Shown: positions 1 to 12,100 of the stretch, piece by piece
Layout of the letters: the number at the start of each line of letters is the position of its first letter
Position numbering within the stretch: position 1 is the first letter of the stretch
From: Macrostomum hystrix
Lineage: Eukaryota > Animalia > Platyhelminthes
Reading direction: 5' to 3'
NCBI GenBank assembly: GCA_950097015.1
Contig: CATNEN010000001.1
Location: 18,972,001-19,036,000, forward strand
Length of the DNA: 64,000 nt
Program-made: the position numbers and the translations under genes
The notes under the pieces: generated by a model
Told to the model about the DNA's origin: nothing
Database searches by the model: none
What the model saw: only the letters and a program-made list of their open reading frames with translations

Positions 1-34
1 AAAAACGATGCCTATATTGGTACTTTGCCGCCAG

Positions 35-210
35 ACACCCCGACAAGAATCCTTGAATGTGTCGACGATGCCGATATAGTTGTTCAATTCTTTAAGTTTT
101 AGCTTATAAAATACTGGATTTTCACGGCTTTCTGATGAATATTTTGGGAGATTTAGAAAACTGTGAAATGAGGGTATTTTAAATACTCACGTGGTATTTC
201 CACTGTTAAA
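35..210 (+). repeat. Dispersed intronic repeat; related copy at about 22870-23045, fragment near 55290-55320
   Basis: cccgacaagaatccttgaat..gacgatgccgat..ttttgggagat..aaatactcacgtggtatttc aligns with cccgacgagaatcgttgaat..gacgatgccgat..ttttgggagat..aaatactcccgtggtatttc. Confidence 0.6.
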
Positions 211-244
211 ATCGTAACGTGCATAATGTTTGTTTACCCCGCAG

Positions 245-2008
245 ACATTCCCATCAGTGACGTCGTCATTGAATCAGTCAGATGCCACAGCTGTGACCTT
301 TGATGACGCCGGCAACTATGTCACCTACGGTGCTGGCCGAATGCAGCGACGAGTTGCCCAGCAGCAAAGCAGGACGATGGACACCTGCGGCAGAGCAGGT
401 GAGATTAACTTACTTGGAGCATAAACCTTTCCTAACAGAAAATGCATTGTGAGTTACATTCGTACTGTGCACTTCCGTGAAACAAATGATTCTTGCCAGA
501 AATTATAATTTCAACAGTTGGACTTCCAAGACATTAGCCGCCAGTGAAATTTTTTTGTCAGCGCGTGAATGCTAACAGCGTTGGGTGGTGGCTGATTGGT
601 TGACAGACTTGGCGATGGTGTCCTGTGGTTGAGCTGCGCCTAATATTTAGGTTTGAGCAGTGAAATTCGAGAAATTCGTCAAGGTGTCCATGGTGACCAA
701 GTTCCACCTGTTGTAACCAATTGAAGGTCCAGCAGTCCGTCTAGATAAAGGTCGGTGACCACCGAAGTCGGAGATGATGCAGGCACATCCGGGTGACATG
801 CTGATAAATTTTGAAGGCCTGGCAAGGCCGCACTGGGGCGCAGTGCTAATTCATGTATTGGGGTGTATTAAGTGCACTATAGCGATATGGGAAAAATCCG
901 ACCTTCGGCCAGAACCATCAAATACGGCTCGTATCTCGATGGTCTGAAGAGCTGGCGACTTGATTATTGTTTCAGAAGATGCGCAACAAAAAGTAGCCCG
1001 TGTTTTCGACTTTCTTGTGCTCACGTTGTTCCGTTCGGGTGCAGCAAAAATTTTTCAGGGGAAATCCACCTCTTGTTTGTTCTATTGTTGATTGAATATT
1101 TTACTATCCCCCCCAAGATATCTGAATTCGGAAGCTTAATGGCTAGAAATTCAATATCTTAGACTATTGATTGCTGCAATGGTTTCAATCGCAAATATCA
1201 ATCGCATTTCTCGTTAAAATTGAATGAACATGGAAAAATGTAACGCGACACTTTACCATACGAGCACACTAATAGCTGCTGCTCTCTCAAAGCTTTCAGA
1301 TTTTTTCCATTATCTATTCTAGAACTAGTTAGACAGGCTTCGAAATAGTGAAGCTTGTAAAATTGCCCAGCTATCTACTCACGACAGTAGTATATTAATA
1401 TTATATATTATATATTTGCGTTCGTCTCTCAGAAATAGGTTTGGGCCATAGACTAAAACACGAACGGCAGAAGCTCATTGAAACTGAGTTAAAGATAACT
1501 GACGCTTGTTGCTTCCAACCAATCAATGGAACGAGCTAAACAACCAACGAAAATTTAAGGAGCGACGCTGGCCACTGGCAAGCAGCAGCAGCAGCCGAGT
1601 GTCGATTTTAGCGGCTACCAGGAAGCCCTCAGCTGTTCGGAGGGTCGGCCGCCGACCTACTACGATTTGGACACTTCCGCCACAAGGCGTCAGCTGGCGG
1701 CTCGGGCTTCGCGAGCCTCCGGGACAGCCGAGTTTGTCCAACTACTCGCCAGGAGCGGCTCGGCTGGTAACCTCTTTCAGCAGCAGCAGCGGCAGCCGCC
1801 CCCGCCACAACAGCCACTGGCGCCTCTGTCGTTGACACTGACTCCGTCTGGAGCGCCCTGCACCGATCACGTGACTAGAAAGCGGTTGGCAGATCCCAAA
1901 GCTGCAGACGGTGGTCGGGCCGCCTCCTTTGATCTGTTTGAGGCGGGCGACCACACGCTGAAGCATCACGGCAAACTGTACAGCATTCCCAAGGCCAGCT
2001 ATGTGTGA
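245..2008 (+). CDS. Last two exons of an unidentified gene that begins upstream of the window; low-complexity, probably cytoplasmic tail
   Basis: Exon 245-398 (cag|aca...gcag|gtgag, phase 1) splices in frame to exon 1560-2008 (ttaag|ga...tga). Product contains PPTYY (PPxY) and ends ...IPKASYV* (class I PDZ-binding motif). No recognisable domain. Confidence 0.55.
570..710 (+). repeat. Dispersed repeat; second, truncated copy at about 43030-43150
   Basis: gttgacagacttggcgatggtgtcctgtggttgagctgcgcctaatatttag..gtgaccaagttcc vs gttgacagactaggcgagggtgtcctgtggttgagctgcgccttatatttag..gtgacctagttcc. Confidence 0.7.
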
Positions 2009-4278
2009 CGAATCTCTTTTAGACTGACAGAATGCTTGCGTCTGCAGTGTTATCGGAGTGTCACCTCTAAGATAGTTAGAGTCAATCTGTTAGAAGCTAG
2101 ATAGAGTCCACCTGATAGACAGGTAGAGTCAACCCATGTTAGACAGGTAGAGTAAACTCCTGTTAGACATATAGAGTCGACCTGTTACAAAGCGAGTTGA
2201 TTATCCACCTGTTCGGTTGCATTTTCACTTTATTTAGTGCAATCGTGTACAGAAAATGCGGGAAAATCATATAATGTGATTTCTTGCCGCACAGCTATGT
2301 CATGTTAAGAAAATTCGTGTAAACTACCAGAATATATCATTTCACGTACACTGCTCTTTTTTTCGTTAAATTAATGTATTTTGCAATCAGACAGAATTTA
2401 TTGATGCAACAATTTATTACAACTGTCATAGACTGCCAAAGCTCAAATGAATCGTACAGGTACAAGCTAGTGTATGTGTATAGACGTCGTAACGTCGCGA
2501 ACGCTATAATAAAATCATTCATTGTTAACTTTTTCAATGTCTATTTTTGTCCTACAAGTTTAAGGAATTTCTCAATTTAACAGAGAGGATGGCTTGTGTA
2601 ATTAAAGTTTATATTTCATTGCAGCTGTTAACTTCTATATAAATAATTTAATTTAGCTCTTATAACATAAAACATGATGCTCAATTAAATATTTCGAACC
2701 TATGTGACAGAAAATAACTTATATAAACACAAGCACTAACTTCAGTAAATATTTTATGAATGCTTGCCACTGATTATTTTCACCTCCATGGCCATGCTTT
2801 TAAAACGATGACATACTGTTTTAAAGATCATTCGCTGTACTTAAGTTCTTAAGTTTTTAATACAAGCAGTACTTTATCGGCATCTGTTTCGTTATAAATT
2901 GTTATAACATTAGTTATATATTTTACGACTTCATTATTTCTAACAGCTTTGTTTACGCGCCAAAGTTTGATTTAATTTAAGCTGCAGCAAAAAGGGGCAC
3001 AGAAATTTCAACCGCGAGAGGAAATAAATTTTTATGCATTTTAAAAGAGCTGTATAAAAATCCAATACAATTACATGTTTGCTTCGATAGGAATAGAATA
3101 ATTGATCACCCTCGTACATAATTCACCAATAACTAACCGACTTTTCTTTATTGTTTGGATGCTTCGATGGTGCATGACTTAAAAATGATAGTAACAAGTG
3201 GCTGTCCAACACTTAATTTTGGAAAAATGTTTATATTTGAGATGCGGAAAACTTGAAACACGAACTGGTGGAACCTAAAAGGGCCGTTGAGCTATTAGAA
3301 TAACAAAACTCAATAGTTAAAAAATATTTGCCAAGTTACGTATAGCTTGTCAATAAATCTTTGCTCAAAAGAGTTTGAAAAGCGAAGTATTTTTGCATGG
3401 CCTAATCATTTGAACATAAACTCTTTTTTGTTAAAATACTATTGCGTAAAAGCAAACGAAATTTATTTAAATATTTTTTTTAACAGGAAACCTGTTTTGC
3501 AAATTTGCAATGAATTAATTTCCCGGCAAGATGCATTTTAAATGCATTTGCGTGCAAAATTTGTTAATTTTTATGTACAGACTTATTATAAGCTATGAAG
3601 TATCAGACGAGGGAAGCAGCATCAGAAAATCAGTGACTGACATGATGAGTACGGTCCACTGCCTCCGACGCATATATAAAGTAAACTATCTTTTTAACGA
3701 TAAATTTGTTGACAGTTCGTAATTAGCTTTCAATTTAAATCTAAAACTATAACTTTGTGTTTTTATTTATAATTGACATCGTAATCTTAAAGTAGAAGAT
3801 TAGCATTACCACCTGACAAGATATAAAGTTAAGAAGTATAATGCATAAAAAACTGTTACACCTCACTGACTTTAGGAACCTAGTTTGTTATTTGACAAAT
3901 AAAGCAATTATTGACAACAAAATGTTTTGATAAAAGTGAATATGGTATTGACTATTGTTTCAAGATAAAGTATATTATTGTAAAAAGTTTTAGTAAAGAT
4001 GTTATCACCTTTGAACCATCAGTTGCTGCCCTGCTTTTAAAGTAAACTTAAAATTTCTTGATAAAATTTTCTAGGTTCAATATGAAAAGCATTGTATCTT
4101 TTACTAGCATCACTAAAGTTTCCTTTGTAGTGGTTTTATACTCAAAACAACTAAATATATATAATATAGGCTGTATATTGTGACTAATTAATTCAATTTT
4201 TTTCTATAGTGTTTCAGTTTAAGGCAAGGCCAGTAAGGATCATGCAGTTCTAGTATTTCTAAATAAAAAAAATTGAAA

Positions 4279-7200
4279 ATGGCTACAGCTAGCAGCTGTA
4301 GTGGGATGGAGCAGAATGGCCAACATGAGAAACTACTGCTCACACATCTGCTAAGTCGTATGCAGATAGCAGAGTTCTCAGCTTCTCTGACTGGTCAATG
4401 GCCAGAGTTCATTGCTCAGCTATCAAACAGTGTTGAAAACCTGCTACTACAAGACTATCAACTTAATCATCCTTCATTGGAAAATGAATCTGGTCAGCTG
4501 TGTCCCACGTGCCCACCAAAAATATTTCTCCCTGTTGGACTAGTCACTACTAGGGATAAACATGTGAGGCAATAATTTAATTTCAAATCTGGTTCTTATG
4601 ATCTAAAATAAGACATCACATATTGCAGTGATTTGGGATTTGTGATTCTATTGAGATTTGGGATCAGTAGGGAATTGGGATTCGGGATCAGTAATTGAAT
4701 TGGGATTTAGGATCTGTAATTCTATTGGGATTTTAGATCAGTAATTCTATTGAGATTTAAAATTAGTAATTCTATTGAGATTGGGGATCAGTGATTTCAT
4801 TGGGATTTAAGGATCAGTAATTCTATTGAGATTTGGGATCAGTAATTGAATTGGGATTTGGGATCAGTAATTTAATTAGTACTTGGGATCAGTAGTTTAA
4901 TTGGGATTTGGGATCAATAATTCATTGGGGATTTGGGATCAGTAATTCAATTAGTATTTGGGATCAGTAGTTTAATTGGGATTTGGGATCAATAATTCAT
5001 TGGGGATTTGGGATCAGTAATTTGATTGGGATTTGGGATCAGTAATTCTATTGGGATTTGAAATCAGTAATTCTATACAGATTTTAGATCAGTAATTCTA
5101 TTGGTATTTGGGATTAGTAATTCTATTGGCATTTGGGATCAGTAATCGAATTGGGATTTGGGATCAGTAATTCAATGGAGATTTGGGATCAGTGGTTCGT
5201 TTCGGATTTGGATCATTGATCTTATTTGCATTTAAGGTCTGTGATCCTAATGGGATTTGGGACCTTTCAGCACTTAGGGATTAGTTTCATTGTGCGAGCG
5301 TGCGAGCTTGTCAGGATCTTTCCATCTCACATTCGCGCCTGTCCATCCCAGTCGGGCCGCAGTCGGCAGTTTCGATTTCCTCGGCGCCTGTCGGAGCTGT
5401 GCCAGGCCGCGACGGGTGCCAGAGTTCGCGGCCGAGTGCCTCTTCCGGCTCTGCTCTGCCGCGGCCGCCTGCTGTGCCGATCCGCTACGCTGAGCGCCTG
5501 GCCAACTGGTGATGATTCGCGGGGATCGGACAAGATGCTGCTGGATGCCCTCTGCGTGAGTCACATTGTCGACCTGACTACTGAGTCGAGGCCGCTGTTG
5601 CTACCCGGCACCGACGTCCGCATGCCGCTCTGGACTGGGGAACTGTGGCTCAATTCGTGAGTACCGAGTACAAACACTATCCCTTATCGTAAATCCCAAT
5701 ATAATCGCTGATCCCAAATCCCAGTCAAATCCCTGATCCTAAATCCCAATCGGGACACTGATCCCGTATCTCAATCGAATCACTGATCCCAAATCCCAAT
5801 CGAATCACTGATCCCAAATCCCTATCGAATCACGGATTTCAAATCCTATTACTATGAATTATCTCAAATTTTATTGACCAATTTTTCTCAAATCCCGAAC
5901 AGAATCATTGATCCCAAATCCCAATAGATTTATCTCCTAGATCCGAATCTAACCACTGTTTTCAAATCCCAACATCGACTAATCTCAGATCCCCAAATCT
6001 TTCAAGTTTTACTGTTAGGATCACGCACATATTACAAATCCTAAATGTCAAATTCCTAGTTCTGGATTCTCGCCTGTTTAGAATCCCTAACTCCATATTT
6101 TTCTAATCCCACTCCGCAGCTACGCAGACTTCCGCCGGCTGCACCTGCCCTACCCCGGCTGCGACTTTTTCGACCGTTGGCCCGCAGCCAATGGGCAGCC
6201 GCTGAGCTACGATTGGACAGGCCAGGCTGCTACGCTGAAGATCAACGACCGGCTGCCGGCATGCGCCACTGGCATCGCCTGGCAGCAATACCGCAGCTGG
6301 GATTTGGACCAGCTCACAGCCAACTACCTGCTGCTCATTCTCGGCTACCTGCTTGAGGGCAGGGATCGAACTCTGCCCGGCAAGACAGAGGATGTGGATG
6401 AAACAGGTGGGTGCGGAAATCCCGCAATTCCTCTGTGTTCTTCATGCTGCTCTTGATCCCTAATCCACTCCTTTATCCGTAATCCACTACTTTATCCCTA
6501 ATCAAATCCTTGATCTCTCATCCACTCCTTACTCGCTAATCCACTCCTTATCCACTTCTTGATCGCTAATCTATGCTAATCTTCGCCTTGATCGCTAATC
6601 CACTTCTTGATCCGTAATCCACTTCTTGATCTCTAATGCAATCCTTGATAGCTAAATTACCCCTCGGATCCCCCACCCGCCCCTTGATCCCAAGTCCGCC
6701 ACCTGATCCTCCATCCGCCCCCCCCTAGATCCTCCACCGCCTCCTGATCCTCCATCGCCCCCACTGATCCTCCCTCCGCCTGCTGGATCTTACATCCGCC
6801 CCTAGATCCTCCATCCGTCCCCTGATCCTCTTTCCGCCACCTGATCCTCCATCCGTCCCCTGATCCTCTTTCCGCCCCTTTATCCTCTTTCCGCCCCCTG
6901 ATCCTCCATCCACCCCGTATTGCAGCAGACAGCCAGTGCAGCGGGCTGCTCATTCACTGTCTGAGCGGCTGGGATCGCACGCCTCTGTTCGTCTGCCTGC
7001 TCCGCCTGCTGCTCTGGGCGGACGGTTTGGCTCACGCCAGCCTGAGTCCCAGCGAGATTCTCCGCCTGTGCCTGGCCTACGATTGGTTTCTGTGGGGCCA
7101 CAGACTGCCGGATAGGCTAGCCAAGGGTCAGCGGATTCTTGAATACTGCTTTCACTTTGCCAGCCTGGCAGCCGACCTGCCGCACCTGTCAGCCGCGGCT

Positions 7201-7464
7201 CATTATCCGCACCTGGCCGGGGCGGCCAGCCGTCAGGATGTCGGCGGCAGCGGCGAAGGGATGACCAGAGCTGAACGGCTGCGCTGCGTGTCCGCAATGT
7301 TCTTCGGCGCACTGGCTAGATCTAGAAGTCCGAATGCGGAGGATAGCATTGCTGCTGCTGCTGCTGCTGCTGGTGACTCTGGCAGTTCAGTGGCATCAGC
7401 TGCCGCTAGCGCCGTTTTTGGCGCCCTCTCCGCCGCGCTGTTCAGCGATGGCATATTGCCTTAG
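4279..7464 (+). CDS. MTMR14: Myotubularin-related protein 14 (Jumpy) phosphoinositide phosphatase, about 471 aa
   Basis: Exons 4279-4563, 5352-5656, 6120-6406, 6926-7464 (1416 nt, in frame). Motifs match MTMR14: ARVRGRVPLP..LCRSATLSAW, YADF..LPYPGCDFF, WQQYRSWDL..TANYL, catalytic GLLIHCLSGWDRTPLF..LLRLLLWADG, AYDWFLWGHRLPDRLAKG. Confidence 0.93.
4630..5260 (+). repeat. ~25-bp minisatellite (ttgggatttgggatcagtaattcta-like) in MTMR14 intron 1
   Basis: ggatcagt recurs at about 25-bp period. Confidence 0.9.
5690..6000 (-). repeat. Same ~25-bp minisatellite, inverted, in MTMR14 intron 2
   Basis: cactgatcccaaatcccaatcgaat is the reverse complement of the intron-1 unit. Confidence 0.85.
6450..6912 (+). 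repeat. Two degenerate minisatellites in MTMR14 intron 3 (cttgatc.ctaatccact type, then gatcctccatccgccc type)
   Basis: Visible tandem periodicity; second block related to the 23-bp family at 7870-8995. Confidence 0.75.
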
Positions 7465-7874
7465 ACCTGATTAACCCTGATTGTATTATACTCCAAATCT
7501 AGCTTTCTTACACAGATTTCAGAATTATTTGCTATCTAGTCTACTTTAAGTAGCGCTAATAAATGGGAGTAACTGATAACAAACGGATTCTATTTTTCTG
7601 TCATGAAAAGATTTGCTTGAAAATTTCTAATTTTTGTAGAAGTTACTTTTTGATACTACTTGTGTTGTATTGTGAGTAGCAGGATATGAGAATAGTGCTC
7701 AGAATAGCAAGTAAAAAATGAAAAATGACAAACTATTGTGCTACCGTTATCTTCAGCGGTTGAGTGTTTACATAAGCAGTGACATCACTCTCGTGTGCGT
7801 GCATTGACTTGGGTTAAATAGTTTGTCAGCATTAGGACTCATTGTAGGAATCAATTTGCATATGAATACTAATG

Positions 7875-8995
7875 CTCCACCATCCGCCCTCCAGATACCC
7901 CTCCATCCGCCCTCCATCCGCCCTCCATCCGCCCTCCAACTACTCCTCCATCCGCCCTCCATCCGCCCTCCAGATACCCCTCCATCTGCTCTTCAGATCT
8001 TCCTCCTTCCGCCCTCCAGATCCTCCTCCATCCGCCCTCCAAATCCTCCTCCATCCGCCCTGCAAATCCTCCTTCATCCGCCCTCCAGATCCTCCTCCAT
8101 CCGTCCTGCAGATCCTCCCCCATCCGCCCCCAGATCCTCCTCCATCCGCCCTCCAGATCCTCTTCCATCCGCCCTCCAGATCCTCCTCCATCCGCCCTGC
8201 AGATCCTCCTGCATCCATCCTGCAGATCCTCCCCCATCCGCCCCCCAGATCCTCCTCCATCCGCCCTCCAGATCCTCCTCCATCCGCCCTCCAAATCCTC
8301 CTCCATCCGCCCTCCAGATCCTCCTCCATCCGCCCTCCAAATCCTCCTCCATCCGCCCTGCAAATCCTCCTTCATCCGCCCTCCAGATCCTCCTCCATCC
8401 GTCCTGCAGATCCTCCTACATCCGTCCTGCAGATACTCCTCCATCCATCCTGCAGATCCTCCCCCCATCCGCCCCCCAGATCCTCCTCCATCCGCCCTCC
8501 AGATCCTCCTCCATCCGCCCTGCAGATCCTCCTCCATCCGCCCACCAGATCCTCCTCCATCCGCCCTCCAGATCCTCCTCCATCCGCCCTCCAGATCCTC
8601 CTCCATCCGCCCTCCAAATCCTCCTCCATCCGCCCTGCAAATCCTCCTTCATCCGCCCTCCAGATCCTCCTCCATCCGTCCTGCAGATCCTCCTACATCC
8701 GTCCTGCAGATACTCCTCCATCCATCCTGCAGATCCTCCCCCCATCCGCCCCCCAGATCCTCCTCCATCCGCCCTCCAGATCCTCCTCCATCCGCCCTGC
8801 AGATCCTCCTCCATCCGCCCACCAGATCCTCCTCCATCCGCCCTCCAGATCCTCCTCCATCCGCCCTCCAGATCCTCCTCCATCCGCCCTCATGATCCTC
8901 CTCCATCCGCCCTGCAGATCCTCCTCCATCCGCCCTCCAGATCCTCCTCCATCCGCCCCCCCAGATCCTCCTCCATCCGCTGCCAGATCCTCTTC
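7875..8995 (+). repeat. 23-bp minisatellite (cagatcctcctccatccgccctc)n between the convergent MTMR14 and nAChR genes
   Basis: Direct tandem repeats; accounts for all overlapping ORFs here. Confidence 0.95.
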
Positions 8996-9150
8996 TATGT
9001 CTCTCTAATAGACGAATCGAATTCTATAGAAATTTTCAGTAGAGAATCAAGCTAAAAATGTACTTTTACAGGCTGTACTTTTAGTTTTTTAGTTCGAGCT
9101 TTGGTCAGTTACGCGTGCGGGGTTGCGTCCTTAATCTTCTACTTCGCGTG

Positions 9151-12100
9151 TCAAGCCACCTCCTTGAAGAGCGGCATGATGATCAGGATGACAGTAGTTG
9201 AGGCGAACGCTGCCACCAGGAACAGCCAAAACAGCAGGCGGTCGACTACGAAGGCGAGCATGCGCCAATCGCTGATCAGCATCTGGGCTGCCTCCTCCTC
9301 CGCCTGCCTCCTGATGAGGTGTCTCAGGTGTCTGTACACCTGGTCGTACTGCTGGTACCGACGGCATAGCAGACCTTGAAGCGGAGCGGGAGCCGCACGG
9401 GCCACTCCGCTCGGTCCCGCCGCGTCAGCTGCCGCAGTCGGGCTGCCGGCCCCGCTGCGCGCCCCCCGGTTGGCGATGGTGTTGTTGTCCAACGAAGGCG
9501 AGTCAGCAATTGACGAAGCCTCCTCCATGATGGCATCGTCGCCAGCAGTCAGGAACTGACCGTTGCAAGGCTTGCTGCCGGAGGCTTCCGTAGTTGCTTG
9601 GCTTCGCAGCGGTGTCATCGGATGCTGCTCGAATGCCGGCTCGTCGGCATCGCGATCCTGCTGCGGCAGCTGCTGGCACTCGTCGAATCTCTGGCGACGT
9701 CGGCGAGCCCGGCGCTGGTAGCGCGTGACGGAGGTCATGCAGAGCAGCGGAGCCACCAGGTTGAAGAACAGGTGCTTGAGCCTCGGTGGCACGGGCTTGT
9801 CGTTGGGTCCGATGTGGTGCAGGTGCAGCACAAACACAGTCAGCACAATGGACAGCGAGGTGGTGGACATTGTCACTGTCAGGTAGATGCCTTCGTGGGT
9901 TTGGCGCGGGTTTTGTCTAGGCAAGTGTGGGCCATCCAGTATGCTTATTTCTTAAGCAGGCTCACAAATTCAGTAGATTTTTCTCGCTTTTCTAACGACT
10001 CAAACAATTCTTTAACGACTCAAACGATTATGTAACGACTCAAACGATTATGTAACGACTCAAACGATTATGTAACGACTCAAACGATTATGTAACGACT
10101 CAAACGATTATTTCACGACTCAAACGATTCTCAAACACTCAAAGGATTCTTAAACGACTCAATCGATTCTTAAACGACTAAAAACGCTATTCAAACGACT
10201 CAAACGATTCTCAAACGACTCAATCGATTTTCAAACGACTCAAACGATTCTCAAACGACTCAAGCGATTCTTGAACGAATCAAACGATTCTCAAACGACT
10301 CAAACGATTCTTGAACGAATCAAACGATTCTCAAACGACTAGAACGCTTCTCAAAAGATTTTCTCACAACTCAAACGCTTATACCAATTTTCTATAAAAT
10401 GACAAAGACCGACTCCGACCCAGGTCCCACAAGCTCTCACCGATGAGCGGCACAAACTCGCTGGTAGCCGGCATGTTCTCAGCTATGAGCAGCATGAACA
10501 CTGAGAAGGCCAGCAGCACAGTGATGCCCAGTGTGATCTTCTCGCCTGAGTCCGGCGGAAGCCAGAATCCCAGCAGGCTGAGCACAGTGAGCCACAGGCA
10601 GGGGAAAATGATGTTGAACAGGTAGTAAAGGGTGCGGCGACGGATAACGATGTGGAACTTGATGTCCGGGTAGGGCACCGGACTGATGGGGTAGATTGTC
10701 TGCGGACAGTAGAGTGAGATGGCCTGAGGTACGAGTAATGTGCGATTGCATTAGATAATAAGTTGAGATTAGATCTGATAGTACAGTGAGATTAGATCTG
10801 ATAATACAGTGAGATTGGATCTGATAGTACAGTGAGATTAGATCTGATAGTACAGTGAGATTGGATCTGATAGTAGAGTGAGATTGGATCTGATAGTACA
10901 GTGAGATTGGATCTGATAGTACAGTGAGATTGGATCTGATAGTACAGTGAGATTGGATCTGATAGTACAGTGAGATTAGATCTGATAGTACAGTGAGATT
11001 GGATCTGATAGTACAGTGAGATTGGATCCGATAGTAAAGTGAGATTGGATCTGATAGTACAGTGAGATTAGATTTGATAGTACAGTGAGATTAGATCTGA
11101 TAGTACAGTGAGATTGGATCTGATAGTACAGTGAGATTAGATCTGATAGTACAGTGAGATTGGATCTGATAGTACAGTGAGATTGGATCTGATAGTACAG
11201 TGAGATTGGATCTGATAGTACAGTGAGATTGGATCTGATAGTACAGTGAGATTAGATCTGATAGTACAGTGAGATTAGATCTGATAGTACAGTGAGATTG
11301 GATCTGATAGTACAGTGAGATTGGATCTGATAGTACAGTGAGATTGGATCTGATAGTACAGTGAGATTGGATCTGATAGTACAGTGAGATTAGATCTGAT
11401 AGTACAGTGAGATTAGATCTGATAGTACAGTGAGATTGGATCTGATAGTACAGTGAGATTGGATCTGATAGTACAGTGAGATTAGATCTGATAGTACAGT
11501 GAGATTGGATCTGATAGTACAGTGAGATTGGATCTGATAGTACAGTGAGATTAGATCTGATAGTACAGTGAGATTGGATCTGATAGTACAGTGAGATTGG
11601 ATCTGATAGTACAGTGAGATTGGATCTGATAGTACAGTGAGATTGGATCTGATAGTACAGTGAGATTAGATCTGATAGTACAGTGAGATTGGATCTGATA
11701 GTACAGTGAGATTAGATCTGATAGTACAGTGAGATTGGATCTGATAGTACAGTGAGATTGGATCTGATAGTACAGTGAGATTAGATCTGATAGTACAGTG
11801 AGATTGGATCTGATAGTACAGTGAGATTAGATCTGATAGTACAGTGAGATTGGATCTGATAGTACAGTGAGATTGGATCTGATAGTACAGTGAGATTAGA
11901 TCTGATAGTACAGTGAGATTAGATCTGATAGTACAGTGAGATTAGATCTGATAGTACAGTGAGATTAGAAGAGAAACACTCTCAAAAGTGAGTCTGGGCT
12001 TCCATAGCTGAAATACTTCAATGCTGTACTATGCTCAGTCAGAGCTCACTGAGCATGGTGAGTACAAATTAGGGACCACAGAAGGAGTCAAGCTGGCAAT

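Noticed and set aside
7823-9055. Long Pro/Ser-rich and Gly/Arg-rich ORFs on both strands
   Set aside because: Translations of a stop-free 23-bp minisatellite; same for 13309-14000.
10765-11968. CRISPR-like regular repeats (also 26250-27752)
   Set aside because: No unique spacers, no cas genes, eukaryotic intron or intergenic context.
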